Below, piece by piece: positions 1 to 12,681 of a stretch of 64,000 nt of DNA (within the stretch, counting starts at the first letter, position 1; every line of letters starts with the position of its first letter). The stretch lies in assembly GCA_951406725.2 (NCBI GenBank), contig OX597816.1:71114001-71178000 (forward strand), given 5' to 3'. The position numbers were made by a program, and so were the translations under genes. The stretch comes from Octopus vulgaris. Its lineage: Eukaryota. The notes under the pieces are model-generated. The model was not told the origin of the DNA. It ran no database searches and worked only from the letters and a program-made list of their open reading frames with translations.

Positions 1-88
<88 letters not shown>

Positions 89-203
89 GGAAAAGAACAG
101 CAAAACAAAGGCACGAGAAGTGTCTCAAGTCACAATATTTAATTAAAGGTGAATTTGAAGTAATTAACTAATTAATTAATTAATCAATTAATTAATCAAC
201 GGA

Positions 204-282
204 TGTGTTACAGCTGTTTCTGTGATATCTCAAGTGATAGGTTAGCATCACCTATACACTGGGTAGTCCGTCATCAGATACA
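204..282 (-). ncRNA. Minimal type I hammerhead with long stem II
   Basis: tgtat CTGATGA ...agtgtataggt...acctatcact... GAAAC agct GTA acaca. Confidence 0.7.
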
Positions 283-896
283 GGGTGAGTATGCAGGAAA
301 GTTCTAGACAGGGGATTGACAGTGTATAAAGGAATAAAATATTAGATAGAAGAATAGAGAGAGGAGAATAAAGTTCACAGCTCATCCTCTTCCAGGGGCC
401 ATGGGGGTTGGTCCTTAAGAATATATCCCAGGTAAATCCAGGCAGTAGTTTGGCAGTGTTTCGAATTTTGCATTCATATTGAAGGAATAGTGTATGTATG
501 TATGTATGTATGTATGTATGTATGTATGTATGTATGTATGTATGTATGTATATATGTATGTAATGTACCACTGAAAACTAGAATCGATATTCTTTCGTTC
601 TTTCTCAAAAATTTGGTTCAGACTTAAATACTTTCTTATATGAGGCATAAATGTACAAATATATGTCTGGTAGTAAGAAGGGCTTGTGAATATGTGAGCG
701 TGAGTTAATAGCTGCATAACTGCGTAGGTATTTGTGTTTATGTAAATACGTAAGCACTCATACATTTTGGAGCCAGTTTCTCTTTAGTACACGAGTGTAT
801 GGTTACTTACTGCGTATCTATATATACATGTGTATAAAACCCCAAAAATTCCAATATCCACTTTTTTGTATATCATATGTCTGTGTGTGTGTGTGT

Positions 897-932
<36 letters not shown>

Positions 933-950
933 GTATATATGCATCTATAT

Positions 951-1013
<63 letters not shown>

Positions 1014-1062
1014 TGTGTTTGTGTAATATATATATATATATATATATATGTTTGTGTTTGTG

Positions 1063-1115
<53 letters not shown>

Positions 1116-1505
1116 ATACAGAAAAAGTGGACATTGGAAATTTTTTAGTATTATTTATTCACCATTACACGTGTTTGATTTGCTAATAGGAATTACAAAG
1201 TCTTGCATGTCAGGTGCGCGCACGTGTGTGTTAATTATACACTGTAGTTATGAGGCTAGTAACCTGGAAAATAGTCTTACTAACTGGTTTCAAGGCTTTT
1301 AGTCATTTAAAAAGGAGCAAGACGTTTCCAGGATATTATATTTTTTAAAAAGCCAATGAACTGATGTAGTACTTAAAGAAGTGCCCCTCAAATTCTATGT
1401 AGGCACAGGGGACTAATATCCCCACCGATTGATGCTTTTTTTGTATAATTTGATTTCTCTTTGCCGTCTATTTAAATATTAACTTTTTAAAAAAATTAAA
1501 TGTAA

Positions 1506-1860
1506 TCTCTCTACGTATAAACGGCAAAACGTCTGTGTGTGTGTGTATCCTTTATACAAATCCACAATTTTTTAGTTAGAGGGCTCGCACTTTCTATGGT
1601 CATTCAAAACCGTCCAAGAGGGGTCGTGCACATCTTTACATTTCCCCAGTCACGCCGCAAAGCCATTTAAAAAAATCAACAGAAGTGACTTTTTTGTGAA
1701 TTTTCTATCCAAAACCCAATCAAAATGTTCGAAACTTGATACGCCAATTGAATGCCAGCTAGCTGTATGTGATTGGTCGGAGATTTGAACAGTACTCGCG
1801 TGCATGTGCGCACGCACGCAGCTGTATATGCATGCACTAGCACTCAGGTCATAGTACTAG
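1506..1860 (+). mobile_element. Non-autonomous Helitron, copy 1
   Basis: A|TC start, CTAG|T end, highly similar to 18069-18439 and 36101-36473; terminal hairpin partly deleted. Confidence 0.8.
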
Positions 1861-1983
1861 TTTTATGATAAACGGTTTGTTAGGCACTGTCACAACAACA
1901 TCAAAAATAATAAGTTTTGGAATGTGAATGAGGAAATAATGTAAACCAAATATATGCAGCCCTATACCTGTAAATTAAAAACA

Positions 1984-2349
1984 ACAAGAGCATTGAAAGA
2001 GCGCAAACCTCCACCAAGGCAAAACCAACGCCCTCTCAACGATTTGTCAGAGATGATCTTTAAAATGAGCATATCTGATATAAACTCGATTGCTCACACA
2101 AACGAGAATACTAAAAATGAATCCGACCGCTCTCAAAACTTTTTTAAAAAAGGGGAAAAAATAATCCAAAATGTTTGTCCTGTACCGGATCGATCCCAAA
2201 ATCTAATCAGTTCGTAACCAGTCACGAGGCAAAATATTCCTGAAAGTTTCATCGGAATATATCCGGCGGTTTTTGAGATATCTTGTCCACGGACAAACGA
2301 ACAAACGCGACTGAAAACAATACCTCCGCCTTCGCTAAGGCGGAGATAA
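1984..2349 (+). mobile_element. Helentron-associated interspersed element (HINE/DINE-1-like)
   Basis: Subterminal acctccaccaagg, gaaagtttcatcggaat...ttttgagatatc body, (ACAA/ACGG)-type repeat, 3' palindrome cctccgccttcgctaaggcggag. Confidence 0.65.
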
Positions 2350-2446
2350 GCTAAAATATAATTTAGAAGACGTCAACATTTGTAAGTATTTCCATACATG
2401 TAACAGGAGCGATCACTGCCCGTGGAGCATTAACATAATGACGACA

Positions 2447-2516
<70 letters not shown>

Positions 2517-3147
2517 ACGTTGTAATATGAATGAGTAAATAAACAAAACCAACGATTATTCCCTCCACCTGTAAAGTGGTTTCAGATTCTGGCACAAAAC
2601 AACTTGTTGGGAAGTGATACGTCCCAATGCTCTTAATTTACTTATTTTATTGATCCTGAAAGGATAAAAGGCAAAGTCGGCCCCGATGGAATTTTAATCC
2701 AGAACGTTAAAACGGACGAAATATCTCTAGGCATTTTGCTCGGCGCGCTATCGATTCTGCTGGCCTGCCACCTTTCACCTATATCTGTAAATTGGTTCCA
2801 AATTATGGCATTAGGCCAAAACTTATGAGGTAGGGGTGAAGTCGATTATATCCCAGTGTTTCACTGTTTATTTCATAGTCCCTGATAGGATGAAAAGTAA
2901 GGTCGACTCCAGCGGAATTCGAACCCAAAACGTAAAGAGGGACGAAAGGCTGCTAGGTATTGTAGCTGGTGTGCTAACGATTCTGCCAGCTCACCTCCTT
3001 TTCGCCTATACCTGTAAATTATCTGCAATAAACTAAAGTATAATTTAAAGAACACTGTCAAAGTGTCTGGGTGTTTCCTTACATGCAATAAATGTAGCCA
3101 TTGCACCTGTAGTTTAAGGTAAAGTCCTAACATATATGTGCGTATAC

Positions 3148-3561
3148 AAGACGGCGAGCTGGCAGACACGTTAGCGCGCCGGGCGAAATGCTTAGCGGTA
3201 TTTCGTCTGTCGTTACGTTCTGAGTTCAAATTCCGCCGAGGTCGACTTTGCCTTTCATCCTTTCGGGGTCGATTAAATAAGTTTTAGTTACGCACTGGGG
3301 TCGATGTTATCGACTTAATCCGTTTGTCTGTCCTTGTTTGTCCCCTCTGTGTTTAGCCCCTTGTGGGTAGTAAAGAAATAGGTATTTCGTCTGCCGTTAC
3401 GTTCTGAGTTCAAATTCCGCCGAGGTCGACTTTGCCTTTCATCCTTTCGGGGTCGATAAATAAAGTTCCAGTTTCGCACTGGGTCGATGTAATCGACTTA
3501 ATCCGTTTATCTGTCCTTGTTTGTCCCCTGTATGTTTAGCACCTTGTGGGCAATAAAGAAA
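3148..3561 (+). mobile_element. tRNA-derived Nin-domain SINE, dimeric body
   Basis: Box A/B-like gctggcagacacgttag / gagttcaaattcc; Nin-like gcctttcatcctttcggggtcgataaa; 17-bp TSD atatatgtgcgtataca. Confidence 0.85.
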
Positions 3562-3878
3562 TATATATGTGCGTATACATATGTATATACATACTTGAAT
3601 GTTGCTGAATCTAGTTATAAGTGTCACTTGTTAATCTTATAATCTACCTAAGTATACAGGCGGTCATGCATAAACTCGCACGTGGAGAAAGAAATCAATA
3701 TGTATGAAGCTCAAAGAACATGTACACGAGTTCAACTAAAGCCACGTGGTAAAGGTTGGATCAAATAGTCATGTGTGAAAAACTAATACCCGGAATTAAC
3801 TTACTTTGGCCTGATATTATGCGCGTGTGTATATATTTATGTATGTGTAAAGAAACATTGATCATAGAACAAACATCA

Positions 3879-4035
3879 AATTCGAGTCGACAACTTTATA
3901 TATAACACCATATCTCAAACATTTGATCCTATATAAATATTACCATGGTTCTTACACATATGAAACCATGGTAATATTTATATATGATCAAATTTTTGAT
4001 GTGTGGTGTTATATATAAAGTCGTTGACTCGAATT
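3879..4035. repeat. Older imperfect palindrome
   Basis: Arms of about 72 bp with several mismatches; right arm starts GAAAC catg GTA. Confidence 0.88.
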
Positions 4036-5194
4036 ATCTCTGTCTCAGTTACATTTGATCACTTCTTTTTTGTTTCCATAAAAAGAGACAAAATTATTTC
4101 TAGTGTATATATATATATATGAAAATAGTAAGCAAGCTATCGAAGAGTGGGTTAGCTACAAAAAACATTGAGAGGCACTGTCTTAGATTCGTTCCGATTC
4201 TCTGCAATCTGAGTTCAAGGACCCGCTAAGGTCACCTTTACCTCTCATCCTTTCATAGTTGAATTTAAAAAAGTACCAGTAATTGGTTATATTTCTACAA
4301 TATGCAAAATATTTAAAGAATTTTTTATACCCTTCCTAATAATATTAAATTATAGAAAAATATTTTTTTAACATTGGATGGTTAAAAGAGTCTCAGTAGC
4401 GTAGCTAGAGTGGGTGGAGGGGTGGTCCGCCTTCGGTGGCACTTTTGTGGGGGCGGCACCACTTTTGGGTCTATTGTAGGCCATATGTATTTTTGTGGGG
4501 GCTCGGGGGAGACAAACTGAATAGCAGCCCCGGACGCGAAATTTTTTCCCACGAGAGTTCCGGATCCCAGTTATGAACTCATTTGCATACATCCAATCAG
4601 AGCTCAACTATCAAACTAATTTATGAGCGCATAACAAGATGGGTAAGGAATGACCGTGCTTCTTTTCTCTTTTGATAATGGTTGTTGTTCTTGTTCTTGT
4701 TTCAACCATGGCTGCCTCTGCGTAGTTATTTGTGTTGTTGTTTACTTTCTAAAACAATAAGGGGAGAGGGTTGCTATCACATCACCTTCTACCTACATTT
4801 TCCCCATCCTCATCTTTACCATATGGGGCCCTAACAAAATCCGATAATCGGTATAGATGCAAATTTATCTAATTACTTCTCTTAACCTATATGACATGAC
4901 ACGCTATAGGTAAAGAAATTTGAGAAGAAAATACGAAAGTGGTTATTTCTCCAAACATTATGTTACTATACGCAAAATGTTATAACATTTTTCTAACATA
5001 ACGACTTAAATATATTCTTTAACCACATAACACAAGCCTTCTGTAGTTCTTTCACTCTTTTTTGTTTACTATGAACTTTTAACCTTATTTTAATTAGCGG
5101 TCATTGAATTAGCGCTTTTATATAAGTAGCGGACTATAACACAGTAATTTCCCTTTGTATAACGGTCTTTTTTCATAGCGTTTTTCAGATGACC

Positions 5195-5257
5195 AGATAA
5201 CCGAAGAGATGGTGTTGTGGATTTTCACCTCGGCATCCGAAACTCAGAGTTCTATCT
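5195..5257 (+). ncRNA. Hammerhead, U4C variant
   Basis: agataa CCGAAGA gatg...catcc GAAAC tcaga GTT ctatct. Confidence 0.6.
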
Positions 5258-5540
5258 TGGCTACCGAATAATTGTCACATATTATTTTACAGATAAATTT
5301 CCTCTATTTACATACTAATGAGGTCTCTTTCTTTCTTTTGTTATCTTACCGTTTTTACCAATATATATAATTAGGTGGCAAATATACTTCACGATGTCGT
5401 GCAGCTACTGTTTATACCTCGCTCAGAGATTTATTATTGCTTCTTTCCACTTTTCCCAGATCAGTGACTTTTCGTCACTGGTAATAGTAAATTTATATAT
5501 TTGCATTGAGAACCACTTCCCATCGCCAATCGGTAGTTGT

Positions 5541-5585
5541 CACACGCTGATGACGGATCAGTACCCAGAAACTCGGGTCCGCGTG
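5541..5585 (+). ncRNA. Minimal type I hammerhead
   Basis: cacacg CTGATGA cgg-atcagtac-cca GAAAC tcgg GTC cgcgtg; lies between direct repeats taggtggcaa.ta.acttcacgat (5372 and 5732). Confidence 0.72.
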
Positions 5586-5789
5586 TATCACGTCAGGCTG
5601 GAGACGGGAATGATTACTTATCTTTGCAAATACTGATAGGACACAGATAGTGTGTCAATAGCCAGATGGAGGAGATGTCTTCCTGGGGCTACAAGCTATA
5701 GTAGCATCGACCCTTAAGGGTTAGCCACATTTAGGTGGCAAGTAGACTTCACGATATACATATATATATATATATAAATATCCATGTAT

Positions 5790-5830
<41 letters not shown>

Positions 5831-5846
5831 CATACATGTATTCATG

Positions 5847-5886
<40 letters not shown>

Positions 5887-5901
5887 CATACATATATATA
5901 C

Positions 5902-5940
<39 letters not shown>

Positions 5941-5951
5941 CATACATATAT

Positions 5952-6007
<56 letters not shown>

Positions 6008-6523
6008 CATTACACACACACGTGCATACATACAAGTATGTATGAGTAAATTTGTGTGTGCGTGTGAGAATGTACTTATATATATATATATATAAACACA
6101 TGTATATACATATATATACATATATATACACACACATGTATATACATACATATATATATATACATATACATATGCATATGTATACATATACACACACGTG
6201 TATATATATATATATGTGTGTGTATATAAATATGCAAGCCTCTATGTGTGTGTATGTATGTTACGTATGTATGAACATATGTATTATGTCCGTATAATAC
6301 ACGTCTCTACTATAAAATTGGAACAAGCAACAGGAATAAACAGATTTAGAAGATAAGATTTTATAACTACGTAAAAGCTGTTACCAGACAGAAATATATT
6401 AATTATGAAATATTCAACAAAGGCACAAACATACGCGCACACACACACATTAGAAACGCGTACGCAGACACATATATGTATGAATGCGCATGCGTGTGTG
6501 TAAATATGCAAGTCTCTGTGTGA

Positions 6524-6557
<34 letters not shown>

Positions 6558-6927
6558 ATTTTGTTTTTGTTGAACTTCTATTCAAAGTTTCAAAGCTGTT
6601 ACAGTTACTACTATAAATATGTTTGTCAATGTATGAATACATGTATGCATATATGTGTGTATATGTGAGCGTGTATGTATGTATGTATGCATGTATGTAT
6701 GTATGTATGTATGTATGTATGTATGTATGTATGTATGTATGTATGCATGTATGCATGTATGTATGCATGTATGTATGTACGAAGTTTCTCATTTTAAATG
6801 TAATTAGGAAAATATGGATTTCGAGGAAATATATTTATATTAATTACTAATGATAAACATAGACACTAATTAGGATACGTTTACACTTATAATTTGCCTT
6901 TCAAAAAATATACGTTCATCGCTTACA

Positions 6928-6970
<43 letters not shown>

Positions 6971-7007
6971 TCTCTCTCTCTCTCACTCTCTCTCTCTTCT
7001 CACCAAT

Positions 7008-7098
<91 letters not shown>

Positions 7099-7119
7099 GG
7101 ATCAATGTGTGTGTATCTT

Positions 7120-7328
7120 TGTGTCGGCGTTTGTTACCCCTCACCCACATCATCGCTTGGCAACTGGTGTTGGTGTGTTTACGCCCCCGTAACTTAGCGG
7201 TTCGGCAAAGAGACCGACAGAGTAAGTACTAGGCTTAAAAATAAGTCCTATTGTCCAATTGTTCGAAGAAGCATTCCTAGGTGGTGCTCTAGCATGGCGG
7301 CAGTCAAATGGCTGAAACAAGTAAAAGA

Positions 7329-7382
<54 letters not shown>

Positions 7383-7832
7383 GTATATAGAGAGAGAGAA
7401 AGCGAAAGAGAGACAGAGTATATATATTTGGTAGAATATATATATATATACACTCTCTCTCTTTATTCTTTTACTTGTTTCAGTCATTTGACTGCGGCAA
7501 TACTGGAGCAGCGCCTTTAGTAGAGTAAATTGACCCCAGAGCTTATTCTTTGTAAGCCTAGTACTTATTCTATCGGTCGCTTTTGCCGATCCGCTGAATT
7601 ACAGGGACGTAAACACACCAATATCGGTTGTCAAGCGATGTTGAGGGGACAAACACAGACACACACATACACATACATATACCAGTTTCCGTCTACCAAA
7701 TCCACTCGCAAGGCTTTGATCAGCCCGAGACTATAGTAGAAGACACTTGCCCAAGGTGCCACGCATTGAGACTGAATCCGGGACCATGTGGTTGGTAAGC
7801 AAGCTACTTACCACACAGTCACTCCTGCGCCT
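7120..7832. mobile_element. CORE-like SINE family: plus-strand tail 7120-7330 and minus-strand copy 7460-7832
   Basis: Same sequence as 52922-53712; tail-to-tail across (TA)n. Confidence 0.82.
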
Positions 7833-7840
7833 ATGCACAC

Positions 7841-7883
<43 letters not shown>

Positions 7884-8024
7884 TATAAATATGTCGTGGA
7901 AAATCATATATATATTTATATATATATATACACATATAAATATGTCGTGGAAAATCATATATATATATATATATATATATCTACATATAAATATGTCCTG
8001 GAAGATCATATATATATATATATA

Positions 8025-8893
8025 TATATACGAAAGAAGGTTTGAAAATGCAAGTTAAAAGATGTTTATTTACTTAATCGGTTTCACTCTTTGGAAAAAG
8101 ATTGTCAAAAGTAACATATATATACACACGCAGCACCATGTCAAATGCCATCCACACTCATGCATGCGTACACACGCACACGCGCACACACGCACGCGCG
8201 CACACACGCACACACAACACCATGACAACCACACACACTTGACAAACAGACGCCATCTGACCAAATACTACAGACACACAGACACATCTATTCACACACA
8301 CGCAGAGAGACACACATATTCACCTCATCCTAACCCCAAAATCATTGATGCTTGAAGGAAAGCCAAAAACAGAAAAAAACGGGTACATCTTTCTCAATTC
8401 TACATTTCTGCTAAAACGGACAGGTCAGTAAACAAGCTCGCCTTGAATTCATAATATTCTGTACGGACCCTGAGATGTATAATATATTTATTTTAATCTT
8501 TTCTGCCCATTTTTTCAAATATTCTCATCATACTGTTGTACTTTCTTATGTCCTTAACATCTCCTTGTTACCAAAGACTGTATATATACATGTAATGTGG
8601 CAATTTGCAACAACCAATAATTAACGCAACCAAACTTCCAATAATATATTTGTTTTATTCTTTTCTGCCCATTTTTTCAAATATTCTCATCACACTGTTG
8701 TACTTCTTTATGTCCTTAACATGTCCCTGTTACCAAAGACTGTATATATACATGTAATGTGGCAATTATGTAAAAAACTTTTTTGAATTCATAATATTCT
8801 ATGTTACTTTTGACAATCTTTTTCCAAAGAGTGAAACCGGTTAAGTAAATAAACATCTTTTAAATTGCATTTTCAAACCTTCTTTCGTATATA
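8025..8893. repeat. Inverted repeats 8025-8119 / 8799-8893 around a spacer containing a tandem duplication of about 180 bp
   Basis: Direct inspection; duplicated unit ataatat...ttttctgcccatttttt...catgtaatgtggcaatt. Confidence 0.9.
8804..8848 (+). ncRNA. Hammerhead-like motif with a U3/A8 core (mirror copy 8070-8114)
   Basis: ttactt TTGACAA tcttt-ttcc-aaaga gt GAAAC cg GTT aagtaa; 6-bp stem I. Confidence 0.55.
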
Positions 8894-8928
8894 ATTCCAC
8901 TCGTGCGATACCCCACAACTCAACTTTG

Positions 8929-8989
<61 letters not shown>

Positions 8990-9053
8990 TATACATACAT
9001 TATGTATGTATATATATATATATATATACATATATATACATACATTATGTATG

Positions 9054-9085
<32 letters not shown>

Positions 9086-9690
9086 TATATACATACATTA
9101 TGTATATATATATATATATGTACATATATACATATGTGTGTGTGCGTGCGTGTATGTATGTATGTATGTATGTATGTATGTATGTATGTATGTATGTATG
9201 TATGTATGTATGTATGTATGATCTTCCAGTACATTATGTTTCAGTACATTAGTTATCTCATGTGAGGATGAGAGAGCCGAAAACGGCAGATATGGAAACG
9301 AAAGAGTAATATAACAAAAGAGAAAGAAAAAGAAGAATAAATGCATATTGCTACGAATTGCATCCTGAAAGAGTCGGTTAATTATCACACCAAGAACATT
9401 TTTAATAAACAATACCGAACGTTACTGTTCACAGTTTGAAAAACCGCCAAATTCCGACGCGACTATTCTTGACTGACGGCCAATGTGTCGAGAAAGATGC
9501 AGGATTTAAAGAGATTATAAAAAGAGAAGGGAAAAGATTTTAGAATCCATCAAGAGAACAACTGTAACATATATTTAACAAATTTTTCTCAATAAGAAAA
9601 TAACGCCATATTTCGTTTTTCTATTTGGTTTACAAGATTCTTGATATGATTTCGTGTGTTGAAACAAACTTTGTTATTTCCTGCGAGAGT

Positions 9691-9819
9691 CATTACGCCA
9701 ATAATAACACACGCACTCGTTCAATGTTACTCTTTTATTGCTAGTCAATTAGATATTTATTCAATTGACTAACAGTAAAGCGATACTGAACCACTGCGTG
9801 TGTTGTTATTGGCGTAATG
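9691..9819. repeat. Imperfect palindrome
   Basis: cattacgccaataataacacacgca... / ...tgcgtgtgttgttattggcgtaatg. Confidence 0.8.
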
Positions 9820-10740
9820 GTCCTTCCAACACACAACGCCATATTAATTTCTAAAAATGAAGGCATGGATTATGTGGCTCAGAAGCTCACTTTGCAACCA
9901 CGCGGTTTCGGTTTCAGTCCCAACGTGCAGAACCTTGAACAAGTACCTTCTTCTACAGCCTTAGCCGACGAACCGATCAATGATTTGTCAGTAAATTTAG
10001 TAGACAGAAACGATGTGGAAGTCCGTTGTATATAGATAGTTACGTGTGTGTGTGAATATAAGTGCTTGTGTTTACTTCTCACCACTTCTTGACAACCGGC
10101 ATTGATTTCTTTACGATTCCATAACTTAGACGTTCGGCGAAGGCCATCTAAAAACAAGCCCCCAAAATCATGGACAAAGGCATACACACAAAAATAGCTT
10201 CATACTCAATTGTGACATTAAACCGCTCTCCTTATCTTTTCTACCTCTCCTTTAATGTTTCAGAACTGGCTGGTCTGAGGTATTCCCGACCTACTTATCT
10301 GAATGTATAGCAGTGTGTATGTATGTATGTATGTATGTATGTATGTATGTATGTATGTATGTATGTATGTATGTTTGATTTTTTTCTTTGAATTTAATTC
10401 AAGTTCTTGTTAAGAGAGTTCAAGCCGGTCCCCAACAAAGCGAAACGACTTTTTGAGTTAAGAGAGTTTACGGTGTTTGTAAACATGTGGTTGAGCCTGT
10501 GTGTTGGATGAAATGTGTGTGCATCGATTCACATAAGAGCCTCAGATGGACAATTTTTGGAATGTCTTCCAAATCTTCACTGTTCCATTAATAGATTAGA
10601 TCTAGAGAATCAGCGTCAGTTACTTTTTTTTTTAATATTTTGTTTTGGTACATAACCTAATGCGCCTGATGATGGTAGGTACGAATGAGAATTCATAGTC
10701 AGGGTATGTATGTATGTATGTATGTATGTATTTATGTATG

Positions 10741-10997
10741 GTGGTGTAACACACCATACTAATCATATCTGTCGGGCATGTGGAAGAGAGTGTAATTCGG
10801 CAGGAGAACTTAAACGACATGCAAAGGTACATGAAGCCCAGTTACAACTACAGCCGGCTATTGCCGGTAAAGGTATTAGTTGCCAATTCTGTACAAGACA
10901 TTGTAGAACTTTAGCTGGGCTAAAAAGTCACATTCGATCACAGCACCAGTAACAGTTAACAATGGCCATACTCGATAACGAGGGGGGCAACCATAAT
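10741..10997 (+). mobile_element. 3' end of an RTE-clade LINE with two C-terminal C2H2 fingers
   Basis: CRACGRECNSAGELKRHAKVH and CQFCTRHCRTLAGLKSHIRSQH*, short 3' UTR ggccatactcgataacgaggggggcaaccataa; embedded in (TATG)n; second copy at 32663-32955. Confidence 0.72.
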
Positions 10998-11256
10998 GTA
11001 TGTATGTATGTAAATATGGTAGTACACAGAAGTCATGTCCCACAAAGTGTTCTGATCAATCCAGCAGAAGTTTGGTCACCTACGCTTTAACTTTCATCAA
11101 TTATGCTTCAAAATATGCAGAACCACAACGGAACCGAATAGTCATCTGAGTGATCATGGACAGAAAGTCAGAAATGCCATTGAGAACGAAGGGGTACAAA
11201 GAAACGGCAATCATCTGTGAATATGGAGTGATTACCATGTATACATGTAAAAATGC

Positions 11257-11309
<53 letters not shown>

Positions 11310-11314
11310 TATAT

Positions 11315-11629
11315 AAAGGAAATGAAGAAAATGCTGGCAAAATAATTTAAGTAAGGGAGAGTGTATTTAATTAGGTAAAAGTTCTTTTTACCGGTTGCGC
11401 ATTTATTATGCTTATCAAAAGATATTTTGAGTGAGATGGAGTTCCTTTCTGATTGATTTTTTTCTCTTATCTGATAAGAGAAAAAAATCAATCAGAAAGG
11501 AACTCTATCTCACTCAAAATATCTTTTGATAAGCATAATAAATGCGCAACCGGTAAAAAGAACTTTCACCTAATTAAATACACTCTCCCTTACTTAAATT
11601 ATTTTGTCAGCATTTTCTTCATTTCCTTT
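11315..11629. repeat. Near-perfect palindrome, 157-bp arms, 1-nt loop
   Basis: Arms mirror around 11472 with about three mismatches; carries the hammerhead-like TTGATAA gcat-aataa-atgc GCAAC cg GTA. Confidence 0.95.
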
Positions 11630-11664
11630 TTTCTATATATCACAACTCGTGTTCCACATCTCCT

Positions 11665-11706
<42 letters not shown>

Positions 11707-11715
11707 TAATAATAA

Positions 11716-11948
11716 TAAATGCGCCTTTTTAAAGCCTAGCCAGGCTCATGTGCCCGGTTTACCGGTTTCAATGGGGTATGTCTTCCCCAGCTGGACGGAA
11801 CGCCAGTTCATCGCAGCTGAGTGGACTGGAGCAACGTGAAATGAAGTCTTTTGGTCAAGAACACAACGCGTCACCCGGTCCAGGAATCGAAACCACAATC
11901 TTACGATCATGATGCTGACACCCTAACCATTAAGCCACGCGCCTCCAC
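11716..11948 (-). mobile_element. tRNA-derived V-domain-like SINE
   Basis: Head gtggaggcgcgtggcttaatggttagg...ggtttcgattcc; V-like ctgcgatgaactggcgttccgtccag. Confidence 0.8.
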
Positions 11949-11959
11949 ACGCACACACG

Positions 11960-11996
<37 letters not shown>

Positions 11997-12681
11997 GTGC
12001 ATAAATGTATGTATTTGTATGTAGCTATGCATACAAGTATATATGCACGAATGCTTACACATAAAGACGCCATCCTTTAGGAAGTTTAGGGACTATTAGT
12101 GGTACTGGGTTCAAATCTGACCATAAGGTCAGCAGTTTTGAGGAAGGGGCTCAGTCGATTAAATCGACCACATTACTCAAAAAACGTACAGACGCACGAA
12201 ATGCCGTTAAGTATTCTGCCCAGCGCGGTAACAATTCTGCAGTTCGCCACCTTGATTGTTAATGATGCTATACAGTCTGGTGGATAAAAGATATCGCTGT
12301 GTACAGATGATTATCAGTTAATGACAGTAATTAGAGAGGGGTATTTAATGAAAAAAGAGAGATAATGGTAGGTTAAAGTATGATTAATGCAGGAAGTTGA
12401 TCAATTTAAACAGACGACGTTGACAATTAACCTGTCTTTGTCAGAATTTTGGTCAATGAAGATTCCCCCTATATATATATATATAGAGAGAGAGAGGGAG
12501 AGAGAGAGATACATATGTGTGTGTGTGTATGTATGTATGTATACATGTACGTATATATGTATTTATATATATTATTATTACTGTTATTATATTTATCATT
12601 GTTATTATTACTATTGTTATTTATACATATATATAAATGTATATTTGTATGTCTATGTATACGTATATATATATATATATA

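Noticed and set aside
10665-10705. CTGATGA motif as a hammerhead
   Set aside because: No properly placed GAAAC-loop-GUH or stem I partner.
10710-10952. C2H2 fingers as the missing exons of the SNAG gene
   Set aside because: Wrong strand here, duplicated at 32.7 kb with indels, no TGEKP linkers, followed by a LINE-type 3' UTR.
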